Source: the human T2T-CHM13v2.0 reference genome, Homo sapiens. From it: a stretch of 64,000 bases of DNA. Positions 1-14,246 of the stretch are shown one piece after another. The stretch is from NCBI RefSeq assembly GCF_009914755.1, contig NC_060925.1. One strand, written 5' to 3'. A program made the position numbers and the translations under genes. How positions within the stretch are numbered: position 1 is the first letter of the stretch; each line of letters starts with the position of its first letter. Below the pieces are notes generated by a model that ran no database searches, was not told the DNA's origin, and saw only the letters and a list, made by a program, of their open reading frames with translations.

Positions 1-94
1 AATGTGTTATTACCTCACATTAACAATAATTCCTTAGTGTCTTCCAATACACAATCCATATTCAGATAACCCCAATTATTAAAAATGCCTTTTT

Positions 95-1230
95 GAGCTC
101 ATATAGCCAAGACAATCCTAAGCAAAAAGAACAAAGCTGGAGGCATCATACTACCCAACTTCAAACTACACTTCAAGGCTACGGTAACCAAAACAGCTTG
201 GTACTGGTACAAAAACAGACACATAGACCAATGGAACACAATAAAGAACTCAGAAATAAGACCACACACCTACAACCATCTGATCTTCTACAAACCTGAC
301 AAAACAAGCAATGGGGAATGATGCTGGGAGAACTGGCTAGCCATATGCAGAAAATTGAAACTGGACCCCTTCCTTACACATTATACAAAAATTAACTCAA
401 GATGGATTAAAGACTTAAATGCAAAACCCAAAACTATAAAAATGCTAGAAGAAAATCTAGGCAATACCATTCAGGACATAGGCACAGGAAAAGATTTCGG
501 GATGAAAATGCCAAAAGCAATTGCAACAAAAGCAAAAATTGACAAATGGGATCTAATTAAACTAAAGAATTTTTGCACAACAAAATAAACTATCATCAGA
601 GTGAATAGATAAACTACAGAATGGGAGAAATTAGTTCAACCATTGTGGAAGACAGTGTGGCAATTCCTTAAAGATCTAGATGCAGAAATACCATTTGACC
701 CAGCAATCCCATTACTAGGTATATACTCAAAAAATATAAATCATTCTATTATAGAGATACATGCACTCATACGTTCATTGCAACACTGTTCACAAGAGCA
801 AAGACATAGAATCAACCCAGATGCCAATCAATGATAGACTGGATAAAGAAAATGTGGTACATATACACCATGGAATACTATGCAGCCATAAAAAGGAATG
901 AGATCATGTCCTCTGCAGGGACATGGTTGGAGCTGGAAGCCATTATCCTCAGAAAGCTGATACAGGAACAGAAAACCAAAAACCGCATGTTCTCATTTAC
1001 AAGTGGGAGCTGAACCATGAGAACACATGGACACATGGTGAGAACAACACATACTGGGGCCTGGTGCGGGGAAGGAGAGCATCAGGAAGAATAGCTAATG
1101 GATGCTGGGCTTAATACCTAGGTGATGGGTTGATCTGTGCAGCAAGTCACCATGGCACACATTTACCTCTTTAACAAACCTGCACAACCTGCAGATGTAC
1201 CCCAGAACTTAAAAGCTGATGGGAAAAATA
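95..1230 (+). mobile_element. 5'-truncated L1PA (about L1PA11-13) ORF2 3' end plus 3'UTR, with internal deletions
   Basis: Peptides [35 protein letters not shown] and DWIKKMWYIYTMEYYAAIK. L1PA 3'UTR. Degenerate TSD aaaa(t)gcctttt at about 82-94 and 1230-1241. Confidence 0.92.
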
Positions 1231-1391
1231 AAAAGCCTTTTCATAGCACTTTGGATCTGGGTCCAAACAAGGTCCACACATTTGGGGTTTTTTTAAACTT
1301 ATTTTTCATTCTAGATTAATTCTTTTCAATCATATTTAGACAAAGAAAACAATTACAAAATAATATGAGTATTTAGTAAGATATTCAATAG

Positions 1392-1736
<345 letters not shown>

Positions 1737-1739
1737 ATT

Positions 1740-2031
1740 CTTTTTTTTTCAGACAGAGTTTTGCTCTTGTCATCCAGGCTGGAGTACAATGGCGTGATCT
1801 CGGCTCACTGCAACCTCCACCTCCCAGTTCAAGTGATTCTCCTTCCTCAACCTCCCGAGTAGATGGGATTACAGGCACCTGCCAGCAGGCCCAGCTAATT
1901 TTTGTATATTTGGTAGAGATTGGGTTTTGCCATGTTTGCCAGGCTAGTCTCAAACTCCTGACCTCAGGTGATCCACCCGCCTCAGCCTCCCAAAGTGCTG
2001 GGATTACAGGTGTGAGCCACTGCGCCCAGCT
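1740..2031 (-). mobile_element. AluS
   Basis: Full Alu dimer. TSD agatttct at 1416-1423 and 2032-2039 encloses both Alus. Confidence 0.92.
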
Positions 2032-2199
2032 AGATTTCTAACAGACTCTTCATTGGCCCTATTGGTAGGTATATGATATGCTGTAATAATTAAGGAACCA
2101 GATCAACTAGATTTGAAGCCCCAGTCCTATCCTTATAGGCTGTGTAATCTTGTGCAAGTTACTTTAGCGTTTGTTCGTATTGAAGTTATACATGTGCAT

Positions 2200-3800
2200 A
2201 GTTTACAGGGCTTGTTCCCAACAACAAAAAAAGCACTTCCTCATTATCACCACTAGTTGACTTCCTACCTCCAAGAGGCATTCATTTTTAACTCTTTTAG
2301 GTAACTTGTTTGGTTTTTTAACCTCTGAATCTCTAATAACAAGTGTATGTTGCCAGTTCTTGATTTTTCTGTTTTGAGTATTACCTACTGACTTTCTTCA
2401 ATGGAAGATGAATATTTAATACTCTGTCACACTCACCACTCCTCTACCACAGCCATGCAATCTATCCTCCAATTCTTCTAATACGGTTAGAGCAATATTC
2501 AGTCTATATACTATGACCATAGAAACACTATTCATAGATACCATGATTACTGGTTTTTCATTGTATGTTTTGTTTTTCCTGAAGTCAGTAAAAGTCTTGC
2601 TTTTTGCTTTCCTTAGTTTTCTATGTATTTGTCACTAATTCAACCCTAAACTCTTCCCCAGTTGTATAAATCTTTCTCCATATGTTCAGACATGTTAGAT
2701 TGTCTATCAGCTTCATTTTCTTGAAGAACTCTCTTTGGGAGCCTCTGACATGCTCTCTTTGGATGGTTTGCTCTCTGTGTAGCTGCACATCTGTGGTCTT
2801 GAAGTCCCTGTCACCATCCTCTTGTGGTATATCTCATTTCCTGGGCCCCATATTTTTTTACTTCTTCATTTAATGGAACACATCTTGTACTGATTTCCTG
2901 AGAAAGGATACATGAGAGGTAATTTTTTGAGAACATACCTGAAAATGTCTTTATTCTGATTTCACACTTAATTGATAGTCTTGCTGCGTATAGAATTCTA
3001 GGTTGGAAACCATTTTCCCTCAGTATTTTGAAGATACTGCCCCCATTGTATTCTAGGATTTTGGTGTTCCTCTTGAGGAGTCTTAATGCTATTCTGATTT
3101 TTAATTATTTATATAAAACCTGTTTGTAGTTGTTCTCTCTGGAAATTTGAAATTTCATGATAATATACCTTGATGGAGGGCTGTTTTCATACTGTGCTGG
3201 ACACTCAGAGGGCCCTTTTAAGCTCAAAAAAACTCAAAACCTTTAGTTCTGGGACAACTTTATTGAGTTATTCTTTTCAGCATTTTCTCCTTTTCATTTT
3301 TTCCTGTATTCTTTCTTTCTAGAACTCCCATATTCAGAAGGCATGTTTTCTGGACTTGTCCTTTAATCTTTTAAAAATATTTTAATCATTTTCCATCTCT
3401 ATCTTTTTGTTCTATATTGTGAGAAATTTCCTTAACTTTTCCAATCCCTTTTCCAGGTCCTTTTTATTTCTGCTATTATGTGTTTCATTTTCCAGGGTTA
3501 CTTTTTTCTTTTTGTTCACCTCACCAAATATATTTTTTATGATATCCTCCACCTGTTTCACGAATAACATTTCTTCTCTCTGAGGAGTTTAATGATTTTT
3601 TTTTTCCTGAGTTTTCATCCCCCTGAGTCTCTTCAGTTTTTCCATGTTGCATTTAGGTTTCATTTGTTTTGGTCTCCTGTCGTTATAGCAAATACTTTCC
3701 TCTAATGCCTCAAACAATCTTGGCTGTCTGCTCATATTTAGAAACCGGGAATCTTGTTTTTAGTATCATCTTCATTCCCTCTTCTAGTGGTACCTGATGC
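2200..3800 (-). mobile_element. Old L1M-type fragments (ORF1/5' region, antisense)
   Basis: T-rich tract with tatagaattctaggttgg...ttttccctcagtattttgaagatac, typical of antisense L1M. Boundaries approximate. Confidence 0.55.
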
Positions 3801-4026
3801 TGCCAGTGATTGAGTCTTTGGGGAGTTCTGTGATGTATTTCACGTTCAGTTCAACTTTTCCCACTACCAGCACAGGATTCAGCTTTCTTGAGTTTGCTGA
3901 CTTCCACTTGTCTACTTGGTTTCCAGTTTTGTGTCTCTTCTGTCTTTGTCCTGGGTGCTTCTGCTTTACAATGAACATGCAGTCGTTTCTGTCACTTGGG
4001 GAGATTTGAATGGGAGTAATCTAAAT

Positions 4027-4543
<517 letters not shown>

Positions 4544-4699
4544 ACTGAAATCTCCTATTTCAAACTGGAAGGCTAGTTCCTTCCCTCCCAATTTCCACAT
4601 GCAATGATCACCTCCCATTTCATAGAGAAAATAAATCTATTGGGCAATCTACTTCTTACTCTCCCATCCCTATACCAAACCACTGCGGTTTGCCAGTTA

Positions 4700-5350
4700 C
4701 CCATAATACTTCATTAAGTCAAACTGCAATGAATTTGAAAGGTCATTGAAAACCTCCTTGTTACTGAATTCAGCTCCCTATTTTTTCAGTCTGTATTTTA
4801 CTGGCTGCTCTATGACATTTGATAACGTGTGGCTTCCATTCTCACGGAGTTAACTGAACCTGCTCTTTCTGAAATCGCCAGTAGCATCCTAATTGGCAAA
4901 CCCAAAGAATGCTTTCCACACCTTATCTTCTCCTTTCTTTTGCTACATTTAACATTATTGCTTCCCATCTATTTCTGGAATATTTCTACTCCCTTGTATT
5001 CTGTGGTAGTATTTTCTCTTAGTCCTCACCATCCCACATCCGATCAGTTTCCCAATCCTGTCCATTCTCCCTTTGAATTTCATCCGGCCCCCAACAGCCT
5101 CACGTGAGACCCTCATTGTCTGTCACCTGGCTTACCACAAAGCTCTCCTGCTAGGTCTTAGCCTCCTTACGCTCTGTCTTACACACTGCCGCTAGAATGG
5201 TTTTCCTGAAGCAAAAATCTGTTGATATCATTAATTTTCTGAAAAATATATAGTGTCTTTCTCTACTCTGTCTACTTTTACTCAATAAAATCCAGACTCC
5301 TAACTTGGTATTCAAAACCCCATCTGGTCTGCTTTTCTGCCTTATTTTCA
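4700..5350 (+). mobile_element. L2 fragments
   Basis: ctggctgctctatgacatttgata (LDLSAAFD-like) and the L2 motif gctagaatggttttcctgaagcaaaaatctg. Confidence 0.55.
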
Positions 5351-5449
5351 CTCTGTTTCTCCCTCTCTATATTCCTCTCCACTTATCAGTCCCCCTTTTA
5401 CTTCAGCCACACTGTCATCAACGGTGATGATGCTGATGATAAAAACACT

Positions 5450-5950
5450 AACAGCAGCATGTATTGAGGACTTAACTACATGCCAGGCACTGTGTTCAGT
5501 GCTTTATGTTAATTTGGACATCTAATCCTCATGACATGGCCTATGAGGTGGGTTCTATTAATGGTCCACCAGTATGGCAAATATGAACTTGAAACATCTT
5601 TAAACATTTTTTTTTCAAAAGATCAGTGTCAAAATTCGTTTGGCAGTAAAATCTGACCTGAAATGGTATGAATGTATTTATAGTCCCTTTTAGCATAAAA
5701 ATTCATTTCATAGAAGAAATATTAATATTTAATTACAGGATGCTGCCCCAAACCTCATAGGGGGATGTTAAATAATATATGGTTTGTGCAGTATGCTGCT
5801 TTCCTAAAATCTGAACACTTTGGGATTCTAATACTATCTAGTTTGAGGGGGCTCAGATAAGAAATTTTGAACTTTGTGTTACTCTTTTTACAGATGAGGA
5901 AATTAAGGCTCAGCAAGATTTAAGTAGGTTGCCCAAAGTTACATAGTGGG
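5450..5950. mobile_element. MIR split by a Tigger-like DNA transposon (about 5562-5877)
   Basis: MIR halves atgtattgagg...tgccaggcactgtg and ttttacagatgaggaaattaaggctcag flank a aaaatctgacctgaa...ctcagataag element. Confidence 0.55.
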
Positions 5951-6731
5951 AAAAACAGTGGAGCCCGGATTAGCACCATGGTGGCCTGGTTCAAACGCAT
6001 GCCTTGTCTGCTGTGCTGCACAGGTCCATGCCACCTGCAGGTCCCTGCCCTCGACCTCTTCTGGGTTGCTGGCTTTCTGCCCTCCCTGTTCTCCCAGTGC
6101 TCAGCCCTGGCTGACTTCCCTTCCATTCCTATTCACCCAGGCTGGCTCCTTTCAGTAGCAGCCTCCATGCCTTTACCCCCTTGTCCTCCTGAAAATGTCC
6201 CACTGATACCAAGCTCTGACCAAGTCTGCCCATCTTGTCTCTGATTGGGCTGTCTTTCATTTGAGACTCGATAGAAAGGTGAATCACACTCATCTCCCAG
6301 TTTCAGACTGTGCCCTATTCAGTACTTGGCAATATTGCCTTTTCCATTTCCTTTATCAGCTTCCTTTCCTGTTTCTAGAGCAGCTGTACTAAAACTTTTC
6401 CCATCCCCTGAGCTCCAAACCTTATATACCATCTTACTCTCAGTTTCAGCAGCACATGCCTAGTTCCGTATTCATTCCACCTGCTTGAGTCGTACACACA
6501 GGGGTTTGTAAGCAGTGCCACCCTTACACTGCCCCCACCCCCCGCAGTCTTAGAGGGCAGCAGCTGGTAGAATTCCAGCTACTCCCAGACTTCCTGATGT
6601 CCCTGTGAGCGCTGTTGCCCTAGGGGATGTCCTGCCCCTGATCTGCACCCAGGTACCTTTTGTCTCCTGGCATGACATAGCAGTTTCTTCCTCAATTTCA
6701 TGGTGACTCACTTTTTAAAAATAGTCTTTGA

Positions 6732-6862
6732 TGTGTCAAAGCCTTTTTATGAAGGTCTAAATAGATTGTATGGACTGGTTCCCTTTCAGTCACATGCATT
6801 TTTACCTCCTGAAAGAAACCCTACTAAATTAGTTAGGTATGATTTTACCTTCCTGAAACCAC
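6732..6862 (-). mobile_element. CR1/L3-family LINE reverse-transcriptase relic
   Basis: The minus strand translates, with frameshifts, as GFRKVKSYLTNLVGF / EVKMHVTEREPVHTIYLDL / KA(FD), matching the CR1 motif GFRKGKSCLTNL...VD.IYLDF.KAFD. Confidence 0.8.
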
Positions 6863-7014
6863 ACACCCCTCACTTTCCATGCTTCAGTGCCTTTCCATAG
6901 CTGTTCCCACACTACCAGTACAGCCTGTCCTATAAGGTCATCTCATACCAGCTTAAGTACTATCTCCTCCATATCTTCCCAGTTTCTCCCAGCCAAAAAT
7001 TCTCCTTGCATCTA

Positions 7015-7369
<355 letters not shown>

Positions 7370-8299
7370 TTATTTGAATCTCTCTATTATCTCTCTGATG
7401 GTTCAAAAGCTCTTTGATGTCAGAGACCATGTCTGATCTTTTCATACAGTCTCTCGAGCTTAGTAAGAACTCTGTATATGTTTGGTAAGTTAAATTAATG
7501 AAAGCTAAGGAGAAACTTCTTGACATAAGTATACTGCATCAACAGCTTCCATTCACAGTTGAGTCTTTGCCATCAAATTGTTGTACAGAAATTGTTTCCA
7601 CTGAAGTTACAGATGCTCCCCAGTGAATAATTCTGTGCTATCTTTTCAGCCATCAGCTTCTTCTGCCTCTTTGCCACATTGGGATACTCCTTGTGATCAA
7701 TTCTCACCTCCTTTGGCTTTCTCTGTCCTGCTACTCCTGTCTCTGATTATTTCACTGTTTTCTTGTCCATATTATCACATCCTCCTAAATTAATGATGAT
7801 GTTTTTTCTCCTCAGACTTTTCTTTTCTCTGTTTGTCCGCAGGAATCTCATTTACTCAGGTTTTGTTTGGGATTGGGGTTGGGAGGGAAGAAATTGAGGG
7901 ACTAAGACTAGTGGGGGTTAGATCCCTCCAGGATCTAAACAGTTGAGAGACTAAAAAACAAGAAACAGGTGGCGACGTGAACATTGAGGTATCAGTTCTG
8001 TTAACAGACTGCTAAACCTCCCAAGTTAAGGGCTCTTTCATAAAGCTAGATTGGAGAAGAAAGTTGAGAGCTGTGGTCCAAGTGGAGCCTCTGCTTCTGA
8101 GCTTCAGACCCTGTGGAGGAGACATGTGTTGCTCAGATCCAGCCTGGTGGCAGGTTCACCTCACACAGCCATCCAGAAGGTAGAGGCCTGGATGGTGCTG
8201 GAAGGTGAGGTGAGGCCGCTCAGACTGCAGACAGCTTCAATGTAGCAAGAGACATGAAGAGTATTAACTATAGGCAAGGCCTTCTGGGAACTGAAGAAA

Positions 8300-8680
8300 A
8301 ACCAAACCTCAAGGCCTCATGGAAAGATGATCCATGGGATAGCTGGTTTTCACAGAGACTGGAACAGGGAGAACATTTTGAATCTAAAGTTGTCTTGCTG
8401 CCCTCAACAGCAGGGTTGTGACTCTTGGCTCTGATGCTCTGCCACTAATGTGGGCGCTAGGGCCCAGCATCTAGCGCAGCCTACAGCATCCAAGTCTCTA
8501 CACTTCTTTGTCTGCTTGTGTCTCCTACCAATCCCCCAACTGTCTGTACTTCCCAATTTAAATTCCCAAAAGAGAGACCCTATCTGCCTCTAGGTGGATG
8601 AGGAGTCTATGGATTACCTTCCCTTGAGCCCATGGGCCAGTTGTCAGTGGCCAGAGGGGAGGAAGGGTCATGTGGTTAGG
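8300..8680. mobile_element. Old MLT1 (ERVL-MaLR) LTR fragment
   Basis: aaattcccaaaagagagacc...cagtggccagagggggaggaagggtcatgtgg resembles MLT1K/L. Confidence 0.45.
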
Positions 8681-8709
8681 ATGCAGCCTACTTTCCATCA
8701 AGCAACAGT

Positions 8710-9580
8710 CAGCATCCATTTGCCCAAGCCCAAGCTAGATATCATTCTCTTCCCTTCCTGTCTCACTCATGTCCCATCAGTCACTACATCCTGAAGTTTT
8801 CCCTTTTAAGCATTTTTTTTTGGCATTTCTCCTTTTTTCTCTATTCCCATTGCCATCGACCCGGTTCAGGCCACCATCAGTTCTCACCCAGAGGGTTGCA
8901 TGAGTCTCCTCCTTATTGATCTCCCTGTCTTCAGTCTCTCTCCCCTAATCTACCTTTTACTCAGTTGCCAGAATAATCAATTTAGTTCCCACATAATGGC
9001 CCAAGTTTATATTTAAAAATATAAATCCGACTCTGTTACTCCCGGGGTTTTAAGCAGGGCTTCTCATTGCTAATGAAATAGAACACAGACATCTTTCTGC
9101 GGCCTGTACACCCTCCTGCAGATGCGGCTCCTGTCTTCCTCTCTGACCTCGTTTTCCCACCTCCTGCTTTCTGTGCTCTGTGCGCCAGCAACACTGACCT
9201 TCTGACTTCTTCTTTAGATGTAGCAGGGCTGCTGCGCTTGCTTTTCCTTCCGCCTGGAACTCTTTCTCTTGATCTTTTCTTAGCTTGCTTCTGTCTCCAG
9301 GTCTCAGCCTGGGTGCCACCTCCTCAGAGAAGCCTTCCTGAAACACCCTGTCTAACACTGCCTGTACCTCTACCCTTGGTCTCCGTTACATGCTTTAATA
9401 TTCTTCGTACTGCTTATCACTGTTCAGTATTTTGTTCATTTCATTTGTTTGGTTGTTTTGTATCTCCCTGACTAAAACAAAAATTCCTTGAGAATAAGAA
9501 CATTTTTGTTCTTACTCACCACTGTATTTTCAAGCCTAGTGTGTCGTAGTTTCTCAGTAAACATCTGTTAAACTGATAAA
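8710..9580 (+). mobile_element. L2a 3' portion
   Basis: caggccaccatc, aaatccgactctgttactccc, tcaccactgtattttc...ctcagtaaacatctgttaaa. Confidence 0.7.
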
Positions 9581-12070
9581 CAGTGAAATCTCCCTTGTTA
9601 CTGTTTTTCCCACGGCTGTGTCTTGTGTTTAGCTTTATATGTATTTTTATTTTACCTGTTAGGTTGTGAGCTACTTGAGGGAACAATTTTCTTTTAGTTC
9701 ATTTTTACGTCTCTCAGGCTTACACATGGTAATTGGCTGAAGATAAGTATACCCCAAAAGGTAGCTCATTTGCTGCATAATTTGTGCTCTGGAAACTTGT
9801 CCAATGGCAGAAAGACTGAGCCCTATTCTTCTTCATACTCCCTTTAGATTCCTTTTATTCCACTTCGGAAACCAGACACAGGAAACATCTGACTATAATA
9901 AAAGATTGCCAGTAAATTCTAGGTTTCCTCATTGAACAAAGTCATGTGCAGCAAGGCTGTGCTGTACTTTGGTCTGGAATTCAGTTTGGTCACTTGTATG
10001 GCAGGCCACATGGCTGCCTCTGGCCTGGGAGCCAGGAACAGCTGGAGCCTGGGATGACTGAAGTAAAAATGACATATTTGCTAGCCTGAGAGGGAGAAGT
10101 CTGGATATTCTTGCTCTGTTCCTTGCAAAGCAAACTTCTTAATTTGTTGAATACTAAGTTTTCCCGTTAGCTGTCAAAGTGGTTTATAACTAAAATAATC
10201 TTACGTCCTTTAGAATAAATCACAAATAATGAATGGCCAAACTGTTTCTGAAGTCAAAGCAAAATTCATCAAAACAAAATTCATCAAACCTTTAATGCTC
10301 ACAGCAGATTTCATTTAAAAACTTACACAAAACATGAATATGTCACCAACTTCCTCTGAAAATTTCTGCCCTCTCACTTGCCTCTTCTGAAGTTTAAAAA
10401 TGTGTGATCGTAAGAGCATTCCGCTACCATTGGAAATAATATTTGCAAAGACTTTGACTCTTTCCAGTAGACTGTCACCTGTTTGATGCTTACCCTTATC
10501 ACTTTATTTTTATCTTAAGTGCTTATGAAGTGGTCTGTCTTCCTTGGCTTGAAGGCGAAGGCTATCTCTAATTTGGCTCCATGGGGCCTGGCGTGTAATA
10601 GCCACTTGATAATATTTGTGAGAAGGAGGGAGAAGTAAAGAAGGGCGAGGAAAGCCCAGTCCATTTAGACTGATATTGTTGGGGTATATTTAAGTATCAT
10701 GAACTATAAGGATGACCTCAGTAATTAAAGAGAAAAGCTCAACAGCGTTTCAGCATGTACAGTGAATAATGAAGGCATTCAAGAACCTGCCATCCTTTGG
10801 CATTGGTACCAGTGAGTTGGAGGTTAAAATCCTAGAGCGGGATTCAGAAGTTCTGTTTTGAACTTTTTGTCCCCTCAAACAATGCAAGTAATACATGTTT
10901 ACTGTACAAATTTTACAAAAATGCAGAGAATAAGCATTACTATAATTCTGCCACCCAGAGACAACCATGTTTTTAGTCTCTTTTAGTCTTAATTAGTTTT
11001 AGTCTTTTAGTTAACTTTTAGCCTTTTTTCTGTACATGTCATTTGAAAAGTTTAAAAGAGACTTTATATCAGGACTGCTTGTGAGTACAAAGAAGATAAA
11101 TTGCAATTGGAAAAATACTTGTCAACTGCAATAAAAATTTGAAGTGCTTGTTTTTATTGTTGCTCATCCGGGCAGTCAGCTCCTCAGAATTCCATTCCCA
11201 ATCTTCTTCAGGGGAATGTGATCTCTCGCCTGGAAAACTCTTAGGATGCTTTTCTTATTCCTCCTCTGCGGAGACTCTTTGTGTGAGCACTCATTTTCCT
11301 AGGGTGAGGCCAGGTTTGGACCCCTGAACCTTCACAGGACAAGCACACTTCAGGACTGATTGGAACTGATGGGAGTCAATACCCAGAATGGATTTTACCT
11401 CCAAGTTGTAAAATATCACTCAGATAACATCACCTTTGAAAGAAAGCAAGAATATTTACTAGCTTATTTCTTAGTTGAATAAACATATTGACCACTTTGT
11501 ATGTATCAGTCATTAGTTAGGCATCAAAGCCTCAAAATGAATAGACAGTCTTTGTCTTCAGGGAACTTTCAGTTTAATGAAAGAAGAAGAAAAGCAAACA
11601 AGGATTATAGTGCAGTATAATGAATGCCATAATAGAAGCACAGTGATGGCCTAAAGAAGTAAGTGAGCAGAATTGATCAGAGAGGTCTTCAAGAAGAAGG
11701 GGTCAATTGAGTTGGTCTTAATGGAAGAGTGGGAGGTTTTTTTTTTTTTTAATGCAAACCTGCAGAGAAGACAATGTGTTCAACGTCTGAAGACATGAAG
11801 GCATGCATCTCTTGGGAAATATAAGTAATTTTGCATATCTGGAACTCAAGGTGGTAAATGAGGCAAATGGTAAAGACATTGAATGTCAGAGCTTGAACTT
11901 TATCTTACAGGCCACAGGAAGCCTCTGAAGGGTTTTATTAAAGAACAGAGACACAATCTGTTATGCTTTTTGGAGAAATCAGTAGAAAGGATGGATGGAA
12001 ATGGGCTATGTTGGAGGCAGAGGTGTGTTTTGGGGGCAATAAGAGCAGTCCCAGCAAAAGATGATAGGCA

Positions 12071-12311
12071 CATGTCCAGAAAAGCAAATCTATAGACAGA
12101 AAGTAACTTGGTGGTTCCTGGGGTTGGAGGTTGGGGCAGGGAATGACTGAATGGACATGAGGGATCTTTCTGGAGTGATGAGAATGTTCTAAATTGGATT
12201 GTGATGATGGTTATGGAGCTCTGTTAATTTTCTAAAAATCATTGAATTGCACACTTATATGAGTGAATTTCATGGTACGTGAATTATACCTCAATAAAGC
12301 TGTTTTTAAAA
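12071..12311 (+). mobile_element. L1MB 3' end
   Basis: tgtccagaaaagcaaatctatagacagaaag...aaatcattgaattgcacac...ctcaataaagctg. Confidence 0.8.
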
Positions 12312-12384
12312 GCAGGGGTTGGAGGAGTCAGTCTTCTCAATGAGAGGAGATAAATGTGAGAAATGCTGATAAAGAAGTAGAATT

Positions 12385-12687
12385 GGCCAGGCATGATGGC
12401 TCGTGCCTGTAATCCCAACATTTTGGGAGGTCAAAGCAGGAGGATCACTTGAGGCCAGGAATTTGAAAGCAGCCTGGGCAATATGGCAAGATGCTCATCT
12501 CTAAAAAAAATTGAAAAGTTAGCCAGGCAGGCTGGCACATGCACCTGTAGTCCTAGCTGTTGAGGAGGCTGATGTGAGTGGATCACTTGAGCCCAGGAAT
12601 TAGAGGCTGCAGTGAGCCACAATTGCACCACTGCACTCCAGCCCAGGGGACAGGGCAAGACTCTGGCTCTATTAAAAAAAAAAAAAA
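12385..12687 (+). mobile_element. AluJ
   Basis: Alu dimer; TSD aagtagaatt at 12375-12384 and 12686-12695. Confidence 0.92.
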
Positions 12688-12724
12688 GTAGAATTTATAA
12701 GAGTTAGACATTGATTGTATGAGA

Positions 12725-12798
12725 TAGGGTGGTCACCTATCTGTTCAGCCAAGTGTCCTGATTGTGATTCTACATTTTGTAAAAAAGTGGCAACCCTA
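12725..12798. mobile_element. 74-bp miniature hAT-like element with TAGGGT terminal inverted repeats
   Basis: tagggtggtcac ... gtggcaacccta, a 10/12 inverted match. Confidence 0.5.
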
Positions 12799-13389
12799 CC
12801 TTTTTCTTGGCAGATTTCAAAGCATATGGATCTATCTTTAACTGGCAGTACAGAGTACCTGCCTCAGAAACCACATCCTCCAGCTCTCTGCCACCCAGTT
12901 CTTAGCAAACACATGGTTGTGAGAAAAAAATATCGATGAAAGAGTGTCTGAAGATTTGTGATTCATTCATTTTTCTGTACATTGTTATTCAGCAAATATT
13001 GAGTGCCAGGTGTAGCAGTGAATAAAGCAGATTTGGTGTCTGCCTTTATGAAACTTACAACCTAGCAGTGGGAACAGATGTTATGTACAGTTATGATAAC
13101 TATTGTGTTGAATGTCCATGTGCAATGAGAGAAAATGCCCATAATGTTTGGGTGGGGTGTGGCTCTAGACTCTGGTGCCATTTGCATCCGGCTGACACTC
13201 CTTTGGAGTAAGTCTGTGGAATCTGATCCCTTTTGAGTCTGGGGTTTCTTGGGTTATCTTGGGCCTTACATCATCTTGGTGCCCCTTATAATTGCTTTTA
13301 TTGAACTCTATGTTTAATTTATGCCATCATTTGGCATTGGCTTATGTTGTAGGAAACAGCCATACAAGATTTACAGCTGCTTAGTATAG

Positions 13390-13731
<342 letters not shown>

Positions 13732-13809
13732 GGCATCTCTTTTTCTAAGGCCCACAAGAGAAAGTTCTCTCTGATCACTGTACAGTATTTGCTTTTATGT
13801 TTTGGTCTT

Positions 13810-14246
13810 TCAGTTGCTCTGGAGCACCAGACTCCATTTTGCCTCAGGTCTTCACACATGGCCTTCCCTCTGCTTTGAATGTCCTATTCCATTCTTGTTG
13901 GGTTTGACCCTCACTTATCCTTCAGCTATGAGTTCAAGCGTCACTTCTTCAGAGATGTCTTCCCTATCCAGTACCCACTCCCCTTCTGTACTCAGTCCAG
14001 TTCCTAATATAAACTTTAATAACACTTTCTTTTTTTCTCTTTTATCAGTTTCTAGTTAAATAGTTTGTTCTTTGGTAACATTTTTTTCTCCTAGACTGAT
14101 AGCAGAAAGATCAATAAGGATAGAGACCATGCTTTTTCTGTTTGCTGCTGTATCTCAGTCATAGTATAGTATCTTGCACATAGCAGTTGCCCAGTGCATA
14201 TTTATTGGACATTTGATTGAATGAATGAATGAATGAATGAATGAAT
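13810..14246 (+). mobile_element. L2 3' end with (GAAT)n tail
   Basis: tttgcctcaggtcttcacacatgg... and gaatgaatgaat at about 14219-14246. Confidence 0.7.

Noticed and set aside
8051-8245. GC-balanced 64-aa ORF
   Set aside because: TTG start, no homology recognised, no convincing splice sites.
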